From: a virus
Length of the DNA: 64,000 bases
IMG/VR virus record: IMGVR_UViG_3300013132_005385
Span: 55,742 to 119,741 of that record
Direction: 5' to 3' (one strand)
Part shown: one piece after another, positions 11,441-20,243 of the stretch
How positions within the stretch are numbered: the stretch's first letter is position 1
How the letters are laid out: each line of letters begins with the position of its first letter
Program-made: the position numbers and the translations under genes
Notes under the pieces: model-generated
The model's database searches: none
What the model was told of the DNA's origin: nothing
What the model saw: only the letters and a program-made list of their open reading frames with translations

Positions 11441-11701
11441 TTATCTCCCTAAATTTATCCCGCACGATTTACACGGATCGTCTATCTCTGAATTTAACAA
11501 TTTACACCATCCTATTTTATAGTCGGGAAATTCAAGATCTATTTCGTCCTGATACTCTTCCGGCTTTTCGGATGCCTTTATGTATTTGAATTGTGGACAT
11601 GATTTTATGTGATAGATCCCAGTCTCTATATCGAAACTAATTCCGGTGTAGCAATAAATCCCTTCGGGAATTTGTTTTTTAACCTTTCTTGGTACTTTCA
11701 T
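11441..11701 (-). CDS. small Cys-containing hypothetical protein
   Basis: IPEGIYCY...CP...C...CKSCG. Confidence 0.6.
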   Translation of the reverse strand: MKVPRKVKKQIPEGIYCYTGISFDIETGIYHIKSCPQFKYIKASEKPEEYQDEIDLEFPDYKIGWCKLLNSEIDDPCKSCGINLGR

Positions 11702-11709
11702 CTAATATA

Positions 11710-13341
11710 CTATTCTCCCTCAGCCGGGGTCTCTTCTGATGCAGGGGTTTCTGCTGCTGGAGCTTCTTCACCCTCTACAGGTTTGGATTCTTCCCCTGCT
11801 TCTTTCTCCTTGTCTAGATAAATATTATTCATTTTTCGGTCTTCGTTATTCAGTCCCAAATATTTGTCTATTAAAAAGTCCTGATCGAAGAAAGGAACCT
11901 CTTCCTCTCCTTTTTTCTCCTTGATTTCTGAAGCTGCGGCAATAAAGTCTATTGTTTTAATTAGCTGTTCTATTTCTCTGGATTCACCAAAAATATTATC
12001 ACTTTCAAATTTTATACCCAATTGGCTTCTGAATAGTGCATCCTCCTTCAGTTCAGGAAAATCCAGGGCCATCTGAATCCAAAGGGGTTTGATAATAATT
12101 TCCTGAAATATAGATCTTATTCTAGTTACGAACTTGCCGTATCTTACCTCGTCTCTTTCCGCTCCCTCTGCTGCTATCTTAAACATTCCAGCTTGACCTC
12201 CGCTTCTCGCAGCGAATCTGTTATATGGGATTTTTGAATCCATTTTTAGCTTGTTAGAAAAATATACCACGGCATCCATTACGTTCATATTTGGACCCTG
12301 AGGATTAATGGTTTCAACCTTAGGTGTTTCCCCTCCCATCTGCGGAAACAAATAGTTTTTATAGAACTGAAGGTTTGGCCTCCCGTTAATACTTAAAGAT
12401 CCTGAAGTGGTATCCAGTTTAATATCCTCTTTATATACGGACATAAGTTCGCCCAAGGTTTCTTTAGCTTTCTGTGGTGATTTACTACCAACCGGAATAG
12501 TCATTTTTATTCGATACTGGGAATTCATGACGTTCCATATAATCCTGGTGTGTTCCATTATCCTTAAAAGATTATAGGACCTGACTAATCTTTCACAATA
12601 TGATGTCCTTGTTACTTGACTTCCTTTTGCGTATGATATGTAGATCAGCTGCCCGTCATACAATTTTCTCTGTCTAACAGAATCCCCATAATATTGGTAC
12701 CAGATCTGAACGTGTGATCCATCGGGCTGTTTTTCCACTGACGGGGTTAAAGAAACTGGGTCAAGCTCTTTAAATCCAACGATTTTCTTTGCGTCTGATG
12801 AATATATTATTTCAAAAGATAAAAATCCATCTACTAAGAGCTGTCTGAAATATTGCCACCCAGTCAGAGCATTAACCATTCCATGAAGAACGTATATTCT
12901 TCTGAAATTTTCTCTAATAGCACTGATTACTTCAGGCTTAAGATCTAAATTTAATAGGGAAGGATGACAGAAAAAGTTTTTTTCGTCATAGACTATACCA
13001 TCGTCACACAAAGTATCCAGAATATATTCTATTTCGGAGTTCATCGCGAACTTCCTTAAGAAATCTATTTTAAAAGGAACCTCCTTATCTAAACTAGCAA
13101 TATACTTCCTATTTGAAGTGTCTTGAGACGCTATAGAATAAATAAAGTCCTCGTCCTCCTGGGCAAACCCAAATCTTTCTCTCATAGAAAGCTCTGCAGC
13201 CCCCATAGCCTGTGAGTTTTTAATCACTAGGTCCTTATACTCCATCCCGAAATTACCCAATTTTCTAGCAGTTTCTGCTATTCTTGAGAAAATACCTGAT
13301 GAGTTTGATGATCCTCCTAAATTATCTAAAAATCCAGCCAT
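11710..13341 (-). CDS. portal vertex protein (T4 gp20-like), copy 2
   Basis: EIEYILDTLCDD, LRIMEHTRII, KAKETLGELMSVYK, KIPYNRF, RDEVRYGKFVTRIR. Confidence 0.85.
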   Translation of the reverse strand: MAGFLDNLGGSSNSSGIFSRIAETARKLGNFGMEYKDLVIKNSQAMGAAELSMRERFGFAQEDEDFIYSIASQDTSNRKYIASLDKEVPFKIDFLRKFAMNSEIEYILDTLCDDGIVYDEKNFFCHPSLLNLDLKPEVISAIRENFRRIYVLHGMVNALTGWQYFRQLLVDGFLSFEIIYSSDAKKIVGFKELDPVSLTPSVEKQPDGSHVQIWYQYYGDSVRQRKLYDGQLIYISYAKGSQVTRTSYCERLVRSYNLLRIMEHTRIIWNVMNSQYRIKMTIPVGSKSPQKAKETLGELMSVYKEDIKLDTTSGSLSINGRPNLQFYKNYLFPQMGGETPKVETINPQGPNMNVMDAVVYFSNKLKMDSKIPYNRFAARSGGQAGMFKIAAEGAERDEVRYGKFVTRIRSIFQEIIIKPLWIQMALDFPELKEDALFRSQLGIKFESDNIFGESREIEQLIKTIDFIAAASEIKEKKGEEEVPFFDQDFLIDKYLGLNNEDRKMNNIYLDKEKEAGEESKPVEGEEAPAAETPASEETPAEGE

Positions 13342-13344
13342 TTT

Positions 13345-14937
13345 TTATAGTTTAACTTCTTCGGTTTCCCCGCCTCCTTCTTTCGGCTCTTCATCAGGTT
13401 TTTCCTCTTCCTTTTTCTCTTCCGCCCTTTTCTTATACCTTTCGTTTGCTAATCTGTCCTGATCATTCATACCCCAATACCTATCTAGAACATATTTCAT
13501 ACTGAAATAATTTGTTCCGTCCGCTTTTTTAAGACCCGCAATTTTAATAACTTGGTCCTTTCTCGCAGTCAGAAGCTCTATCTCTTTTTGCTTAGTGAAT
13601 TGATTCTCTTTGACGTAATCAAGTCCAAACTCGCTTTTCAGAAGATAGTCTGATTTTAGCTCCGGATGATCCAAACAAAACTGAACCCAAACTGGCTTTA
13701 CCAAAATGTCCTGAAATATGGATCTCAACCTATTTATGAATTTGCCGAATCTTATTTCTTCCTGATCTAATCCATCAGCACCTGAACTAAATGTTCCCAT
13801 GCTATTCTGCTCGTTCTGATTAAATCTAGAGAATGGAATTTTAGAATCTAGTTTCAATTTATCCGAAAAATATTGAAGTGCTTTGGTGTCAGTAAAAGCA
13901 GTGGCATCACCAGATCCACCTAGGGGTTGTATATCCGGAGTTCCGTTCTGACTTGATGGCATCAGGTAATTTTTAAAAAACTGAATGTTTGGTCTACCAT
14001 TCACAAATAATTCCCCAGAATCTGAATCCAATCTAATATCCTCCTTATAGATTGACATTAGCTCTCCAAGAGTCTGCTTAGCCTTCTGTGGTGATTTGGT
14101 TCCTATCGGAACCGTCATTGTCATTCTATATGATGAATTCATCACATTCCATATTACCCTCGTATGCTCCATTATTCTAAGAAGATTGAATGATCTAATC
14201 AATCTCTCAATATAACTTATACGAAGAGATGTTCCACTCCCTTTAGCGTAGCTTATATAGATTATTTGGGAATCATATAATTTTCGGCTCATTGATGGAT
14301 TATCAGGAAATTGGATCCATGTTTCAACATAAGATCCGTCTTCTTGTCTCTCGGTTCCCTGCACCAGAGTAGACGGGTCTAATTCTTTGAATCCTATAAT
14401 TTTTTTACCCTTAGAGTCAAAAATTATTTCAAATGATAGAATTCCCTCAATTAAAAATTTTCTGAATATGTGCCATGCAAAGATATCCTGATTAAATCCA
14501 AAAAGATTATAAATCTCTTTATATCTGTCGTTTATTTCCTCGCATATTTCATCCTTAAGGTCCTTGTGTTGCATGAAAGAAAAATAGGACCAGAAGTTTT
14601 TTTCATCATAAACTATGGATTCGTCGCAAATAGTATCCAGAATAAATTCTATCTCCGGGTTTGCTGCAAATCCCTGACAGTATGCTCTTTTTGATTTGAA
14701 ATCTTTATCAAAATAAGCAATATATTGCTTGGAGGTTGAATCTGCCCTTCTTATTGTGTATAAAAATCCCTGGTCGGTTATTCCACCACCTTTAAGAAAT
14801 TGGGCTTCAGTAACACCTACCGCCTGTGAATTTTTAACAACAAGATCTCCATAAGCCATTCCAAAAGAGCCTATCTTTTTGACGCTATTCATAATGGAGT
14901 TTATAAAATTACCTCTCTGATCTGTAAATCCTGCCAT
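13345..14937 (-). CDS. portal vertex protein (T4 gp20-like), copy 1
   Basis: PEIEFILDTICDE, LRIMEHTRVI, KIPFSRF, EEIRFGKFINRLRSIF. Confidence 0.85.
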   Translation of the reverse strand: MAGFTDQRGNFINSIMNSVKKIGSFGMAYGDLVVKNSQAVGVTEAQFLKGGGITDQGFLYTIRRADSTSKQYIAYFDKDFKSKRAYCQGFAANPEIEFILDTICDESIVYDEKNFWSYFSFMQHKDLKDEICEEINDRYKEIYNLFGFNQDIFAWHIFRKFLIEGILSFEIIFDSKGKKIIGFKELDPSTLVQGTERQEDGSYVETWIQFPDNPSMSRKLYDSQIIYISYAKGSGTSLRISYIERLIRSFNLLRIMEHTRVIWNVMNSSYRMTMTVPIGTKSPQKAKQTLGELMSIYKEDIRLDSDSGELFVNGRPNIQFFKNYLMPSSQNGTPDIQPLGGSGDATAFTDTKALQYFSDKLKLDSKIPFSRFNQNEQNSMGTFSSGADGLDQEEIRFGKFINRLRSIFQDILVKPVWVQFCLDHPELKSDYLLKSEFGLDYVKENQFTKQKEIELLTARKDQVIKIAGLKKADGTNYFSMKYVLDRYWGMNDQDRLANERYKKRAEEKKEEEKPDEEPKEGGGETEEVKL

Positions 14938-14939
14938 GC

Positions 14940-15524
14940 TTAGATCTTATACATTTTCTTATATATCTCCTCTAGTGTAGACCCGGATATAGATCTTGTA
15001 TTAAGGTATACCATTTTGTGCCATTCTTGATACGGAACCTCATGAACGTTCCTTATTTTTTCTATTGAATATTTAGAATATGACTTCTTATAGTTTATCC
15101 CTGTCATTAAAGCCTCTAGATTTTTATACTCTATTTTTAATTGATCCTGTGATTTTATACCCTCTTTCTCTTTCTGTAAATTTCCCTCTATTATAGAATT
15201 AAAAGATGAAAAAATTCTTAGGAAAAAATTTAAGCGGTCTAACGGGGGCATTAGAATAATATCTAATCCTTCTATAGTGGGTTTGGAACTGGCCTTATCT
15301 CTACCTAAGAAAAAAACTAGTGGTCTTTTATTAACGAACTTCCCCTTTTCTGGATCTGAATCATAATAAAATGTATATAGCTTCCCAGTCAGAAAAAGGC
15401 TGGGATTAAACTGGGATGGAGCTAAATATTTTTCTCCATATTCAAAAAAAGAATTTTCTGCCATTCCTGCAGGGGATTTCATTTGAATCCTGTATTTTTC
15501 GAAATCCTCTCTGAAATTGATCAT
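14940..15524 (-). CDS. DNA end protector (T4 gp2-like)
   Basis: GKLYTFYYD...PLVFFL...GL...PP..R; adjacent to gp4-like gene. Confidence 0.6.
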   Translation of the reverse strand: MINFREDFEKYRIQMKSPAGMAENSFFEYGEKYLAPSQFNPSLFLTGKLYTFYYDSDPEKGKFVNKRPLVFFLGRDKASSKPTIEGLDIILMPPLDRLNFFLRIFSSFNSIIEGNLQKEKEGIKSQDQLKIEYKNLEALMTGINYKKSYSKYSIEKIRNVHEVPYQEWHKMVYLNTRSISGSTLEEIYKKMYKI

Positions 15525-16006
15525 CCGAATAAGAAATTTTCATCAACAGCTCCGAATTTGTATCCTATAGATTCCGCATATCTCTTAGCAGCTTCCATTT
15601 TTGCCCTGTTAGTTATCCATACTTTCATTCTCTCGTTATATGCTCGGACCTTTTTTTCCGTAAGTGGACCTTTTATCTCCTCGGGTCTCTTATCTAAGGC
15701 ATATTGATTCTCGGGTTTTATTTCTATAAACCAGTCTTCTTGTAAGTCGCCTTTTTGAACCTTAATATAAAAGTCTATATGATAGTCGTGTTCCTTTTTA
15801 TCTATTGGATTCCAATATTTAACCGAGGCTGGCTCAGAGCTCCATTTTAGAATTTCTGTCTTCAAATCGCAATATTGACAGAATTTTCTTTCCCAAGAGG
15901 ATCGATAAATTATATTATTGATATCACCGATATATTTTTCGGGATTGACTGGAGAGTATTTTCCGGATTTCCATTCACCAGAGGGCTTAAGCTTTTTAAT
16001 GTCCAT
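15521..16006 (-). CDS. head completion nuclease (T4 gp4 / TnsA N-terminal-like)
   Basis: GKYSPVNPEKYIGD..IIYRSSWERKF, WSSE, DF, EIKP. Confidence 0.9.
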   Translation of the reverse strand: MDIKKLKPSGEWKSGKYSPVNPEKYIGDINNIIYRSSWERKFCQYCDLKTEILKWSSEPASVKYWNPIDKKEHDYHIDFYIKVQKGDLQEDWFIEIKPENQYALDKRPEEIKGPLTEKKVRAYNERMKVWITNRAKMEAAKRYAESIGYKFGAVDENFLFG

Positions 16007-16362
16007 TATACGTTCATGTTAGAATCTTCTTCTCTCATGATTCTGGAAAAAGGAACTGCCTTTATCGATCTAGTGGAGTGTATTTTTTTCCATCCTTTTT
16101 GCATTCCATTTTTTGCTATCTGAGAAATAAAAGCGAATGAATTATCAGAAACTTCTGGATTATATCTATTCCAATATTTCAGGAGATCCTCCATACCAAA
16201 GGATATGCAGTCTTCTCTATCTTCAGGATATTTATAAGATCTTGTCTTAGCCATGCCATCCACGATTAACATGAACATTTTAATAGTTTCTGGTGTTAGT
16301 TCGCCTTTTTCTTTGCTCTCCTTTAGAGCTCTTTTAAGGTCTTTGTTTTTTACATATTCCAT
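16006..16362 (-). CDS. late-transcription sigma factor (T4 gp55-like, minimal 118 aa)
   Basis: YVKNKDL...REDCIS...YNPEVSDNSFAFISQI. Confidence 0.8.
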   Translation of the reverse strand: MEYVKNKDLKRALKESKEKGELTPETIKMFMLIVDGMAKTRSYKYPEDREDCISFGMEDLLKYWNRYNPEVSDNSFAFISQIAKNGMQKGWKKIHSTRSIKAVPFSRIMREEDSNMNV

Positions 16363-16432
16363 TAAGTGTCTGGGAATTATTTTTGGGAATTCTTATCCCC
16401 GGTTCTATATTTTCCCTAATAAATCATAATCT

Positions 16433-16459
16433 TTTTACCACTAGAATCATAGAAGTTTC
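16433..16459 (-). promoter_or_regulatory. candidate ECF-type (middle) promoter upstream of gp55-like gene
   Basis: GAAACT-N15-GTAAAA; same motif and spacing at several other intergenic sites. Confidence 0.6.
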
Positions 16460-16500
16460 CAAAATCTTAAAAATATCAATTTATATTGGAATTAATTTAA

Positions 16501-16538
16501 AAAACAAATCCGCCTCTGAGACAGTCTCAGAAGCGGAT
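16501..16538 (-). terminator. intrinsic terminator
   Basis: ATCCGCTTCTGAGA/TCTCAGAGGCGGAT stem followed by TTGTTTT. Confidence 0.75.
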
Positions 16539-16562
16539 CTAATAATTTGGACGACTGGTATT

Positions 16563-18872
16563 TTACTTTGAATTTTTCTTACCCGGAGCAGAAGATAGAT
16601 TAGCTCTTTTTAGGTCCTCTGTGAATTTCTTCCCATTTTTCTTGGAATTTCCATGAGCTCCTGATAAATTAGCATTTTTTTCGTTCTCTATGTGTTTTTT
16701 TGGATCCTTTATACCTTTAGCTGCTGGAGCTTTTTCGATTGACTTGTTTTTTTGTCCTTCTGTTAAGGCTAAATTATGATCTTTTAAATCATCTATAAAT
16801 TTTGAAGCAGATTTGATGCTGCTTTCTGGTGCTTTAGCTAATCCATGAATTCCAAGATCCTGTACAAATTTTGAACCGGCTTTACCTCCTGTTTTAGAAG
16901 GTGCCTGTGACAAATTTTGGTTTCCCAATCCTTTAGTTACCCCAATTTTACCTGTTTTTTTAACATAAGAAGCATTTGCAAGATTATGATTTTTTTCGTT
17001 GTCAGCAAATACCGGAGAAGCGGAAGCGCTTGTTCCTGGGGCTTTAGCCATCATTTTCTTGGAGTTTTTTTCGGTTTTTGTGTCCTTTTTACCTTTAAGA
17101 CCTTTCCCCATAGGAGCAACTGCCATTTGAGTTAATCCTTCTGATGTTGCTTCCCCTTCTAAATCTGTATTAGAAACCTCATCGATTGCATTTTCTACGT
17201 CTCCGAAGAAATACTCACTAGTTGTTCCATTCTCCATCATTACAGTGTATGTCCTTGAATTCCCATCAACACCTATTATTTTTCCCTTAGCTCCGTTTCT
17301 TAAAACCCTAACTTCAGTTTCTAAAGGATATCCTATATTTTCATTTACATCCTCTGAGATCTCATTTTTAGATTTTTCAAATTTTTTGATCTCAAAGTTA
17401 ATTTGGTTCCATCTTTGCTTTAGAGTTTCTGTTTCTTGTTCTATTGATTCTCTGATTGATGCTAGCTCAACTGAATTTTTAAGAAGCGGGTTTTTCTGAA
17501 TAGCGTTATCAATTTTTGCCATTTCTGCCTCTAGGACCTGTATATTATTAGAGATCTGAGTTCTGTCATTATACATTACGCTTCTGATTGCATCTTCTCT
17601 ATCCAAAAATTCAGTTAGTGATTCTGAAATATCAAATCTGATAAATTCTTTTATAATGCTTGTAGCCTGTGTTGCATTTCCTTCATAAACCTTATTCAGT
17701 TTCATTGAAGGATTGCATGTTTGAACATATATTTTACCGCTAACCTTGAATATGTTAGCTTCAACACCTTCGTAAATTTTCGAAGCTATTTTCTTTCCAA
17801 AATCTATATCCATCAATTCTTCCGCTATTTTGGAGATCCCACTAATTTTATTAATGATTTGATTTGATCCCTCAAAAATTGTGTGCAGATTAAGACTTAA
17901 AGCCTTAGGAAGATCTGCCTCTTTTATGGAATTACCATTAAATAATACTTTTTTGTCATCTCCCTCAAAAATAAAATCCACTCTGTTTTTTCCCGTAAAG
18001 CAAGATACCTTATTTTCTGATACTTTTACCATGGGATCATTGATAAGTTCTACTTTATTTAGAAATTCTGCTGGCAAAAGAGAAGCTTCTTTTTCAGATA
18101 AAACCCCCATTTCACTTTCAGTAACATAGAAGAATTTTCCTGATGTATGGAAAATACTTCTAGATTCTTCCACTAAGAGAGGAGAGTATATGTTTAGAAT
18201 CTCTGACTGTGAATTATCAGATTTAACTTGCAATGAATTTTTTGATCTCGACTCATGTTCTCCAAGGAAATTAACCAAATTTCTTACTATCGGATTGAAT
18301 CCCCATTTTTTAAGTCCGGAAGCTAAAACCATTGAGTCTCTATTCTCTGTAACTAACCACTTAGACATAGATTCTGTTGCATCGCTGAAAAGCTCTCTTC
18401 CTGGAGCATTTTTAATGGCCTCATATGATTTAACAACCTCTATTTCTCTTCTTCTGTGCTCATATATTTTATTCAAATTTGCAAGTGCTGATTTGGCTGA
18501 ATTCTCCCATTCAAACCCTTTAAGTTCTACTAAAACATTTTCGATTAAAAAAGCTTCCGAAATTCCCTTGTTAACTAAAAGGTTCTCGAATTTTTCAAGA
18601 ATAATTCTAGCTGATGGTATTTCATAAAGAGAAGAATTCTTAAGAGCTAGCACTGTGCTGAGAACCCCAAAAGAATACACTTTCTTGTTGCTTTTTGGTT
18701 TTAATGACCCCGTGTTTACGGATTCGTTTATTTTTTTGTCTTCTATGTAAGATCCGCTATTGGTAGATCTGTGGGAATTTGATCCTCCCCATTGCTGAGC
18801 TAATTTAGCAGCTGCAGCTTTTGATGCCTCCAATTGTATTTGCGAGATGTTGTTCGAAAAGTTTTGTTCCAT
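16563..18872 (-). CDS. large hypothetical head-associated protein with coiled coil and Lys-rich C-terminus
   Basis: 769 aa; late motif upstream; several (I/V/L)xE sites typical of prohead-protease substrates. Confidence 0.6.
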   Translation of the reverse strand: MEQNFSNNISQIQLEASKAAAAKLAQQWGGSNSHRSTNSGSYIEDKKINESVNTGSLKPKSNKKVYSFGVLSTVLALKNSSLYEIPSARIILEKFENLLVNKGISEAFLIENVLVELKGFEWENSAKSALANLNKIYEHRRREIEVVKSYEAIKNAPGRELFSDATESMSKWLVTENRDSMVLASGLKKWGFNPIVRNLVNFLGEHESRSKNSLQVKSDNSQSEILNIYSPLLVEESRSIFHTSGKFFYVTESEMGVLSEKEASLLPAEFLNKVELINDPMVKVSENKVSCFTGKNRVDFIFEGDDKKVLFNGNSIKEADLPKALSLNLHTIFEGSNQIINKISGISKIAEELMDIDFGKKIASKIYEGVEANIFKVSGKIYVQTCNPSMKLNKVYEGNATQATSIIKEFIRFDISESLTEFLDREDAIRSVMYNDRTQISNNIQVLEAEMAKIDNAIQKNPLLKNSVELASIRESIEQETETLKQRWNQINFEIKKFEKSKNEISEDVNENIGYPLETEVRVLRNGAKGKIIGVDGNSRTYTVMMENGTTSEYFFGDVENAIDEVSNTDLEGEATSEGLTQMAVAPMGKGLKGKKDTKTEKNSKKMMAKAPGTSASASPVFADNEKNHNLANASYVKKTGKIGVTKGLGNQNLSQAPSKTGGKAGSKFVQDLGIHGLAKAPESSIKSASKFIDDLKDHNLALTEGQKNKSIEKAPAAKGIKDPKKHIENEKNANLSGAHGNSKKNGKKFTEDLKRANLSSAPGKKNSK

Positions 18873-18975
18873 TTTTTCGGATTTTTTAATATATATCTAA
18901 GATCTGTAAAGATTCCCATCATGCATTATGGAAATACATTCAATAGATCTTTTATTTTTATAATTAGTCTAGCTT

Positions 18976-20205
18976 CTACCATGTATCCCCCGACCATTGG
19001 ATACGCTTCCAGATTTGTTTTGGTGGATCATCATCTGTTAAAGTCCAAACAAATCCGTTGCTAATATTCATCACAGTGTTGGAAAACCCTAAATCATATC
19101 TATCTCCTCCTAGAGGAGTAACGCTAGTAATAGTAAGAGGACCTATAGAACCGGGAGGATCATTTTGTGGACCGCTTATAGTCCAGCCGATTTCTGGAAC
19201 TCTTTCAGTACTAGAGAACGGTATTGAGGTTAATCCACCAGCAATTCCTCCCCAAGCTCCTCCACTGTCTATTGTTATAGTACTATCATGCGAAACATAG
19301 TTTTCCGTGCAATAGTATATGTACCCGCTTGCTATAACGATCGTACCTTCTACATCACCCGGAGCTCCTACACTTGAAACTGGAACCGAGTTTCCATATT
19401 TCATTGATCCTCCGTCAGGAAAGATTAGAAAACCATCTGTGCTGAATATGAAATTGTTATTATTGCTTGCAATAGTTACCGGCGGATTTGAGCCTTCTCC
19501 AATTTTAACATGACTATTTTCTCCGCCCAAGAACAATACAGCATTAGAGTCATCTTGAGTTCCCCCTGCACGGATATGAATGTGGGGAGGTTCCCCAATC
19601 GTTGGGTCTATAATGATATACTGATCGTTATTCTTTAATGAAGAATCAGGCACTAGTTCGATAGTACCGTTTTCGCTGCCGTCTCCACTTCCAGTACCGC
19701 CTCCAATAATAGAAATTCCATCGAATGTTATATCTCCTGTGTTTGCTCCTCCCCCCAATACTGAATTACCTTCACTATCTAAAATATCTCCGTTTGCTGG
19801 AAGAGTTAAATTACCATCCCTATCAAAAGACCATAATTTATCATTACTTTGTAAATTTACCGATCCGCTGGCATCTATTAATATTTCATCGCTTTCATCG
19901 TTTTCCACATTTATATGAAGAACCATCTGTTCACCTTCAACAGGATAATATTTAATGCTAGCTGTATCTCCGCTTCCTCCGTTAGGATCCTTCGGAAATA
20001 CGATTCCATTTGTACCAGTTCCAGATGTAGGATAAATCACTCTAGGAGCTGTTCCGGATCCTCCAACAGTAAATTGTTTTCCGCCTTCAGTTACACCATC
20101 ACCAATCTTTAATTCATTCGTTGGTGTAAGAAATAATGTTCCTTCAGAAAAAATGGTATTCGAATCTCCGGAAATTTCACTGATATTTAATTTTCTAAAT
20201 TTCAT
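18976..20205 (-). CDS. virion structural/fibre-type protein
   Basis: LKIGDGVT motif, W.F..DG.L.LP repeats, G..G......YIYYC...WKR C-terminal motif. Confidence 0.6.
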   Translation of the reverse strand: MKFRKLNISEISGDSNTIFSEGTLFLTPTNELKIGDGVTEGGKQFTVGGSGTAPRVIYPTSGTGTNGIVFPKDPNGGSGDTASIKYYPVEGEQMVLHINVENDESDEILIDASGSVNLQSNDKLWSFDRDGNLTLPANGDILDSEGNSVLGGGANTGDITFDGISIIGGGTGSGDGSENGTIELVPDSSLKNNDQYIIIDPTIGEPPHIHIRAGGTQDDSNAVLFLGGENSHVKIGEGSNPPVTIASNNNNFIFSTDGFLIFPDGGSMKYGNSVPVSSVGAPGDVEGTIVIASGYIYYCTENYVSHDSTITIDSGGAWGGIAGGLTSIPFSSTERVPEIGWTISGPQNDPPGSIGPLTITSVTPLGGDRYDLGFSNTVMNISNGFVWTLTDDDPPKQIWKRIQWSGDTW

Positions 20206-20243
20206 ATTTGTTTATCTTTTATTATTTAACCTATGGCACACCG

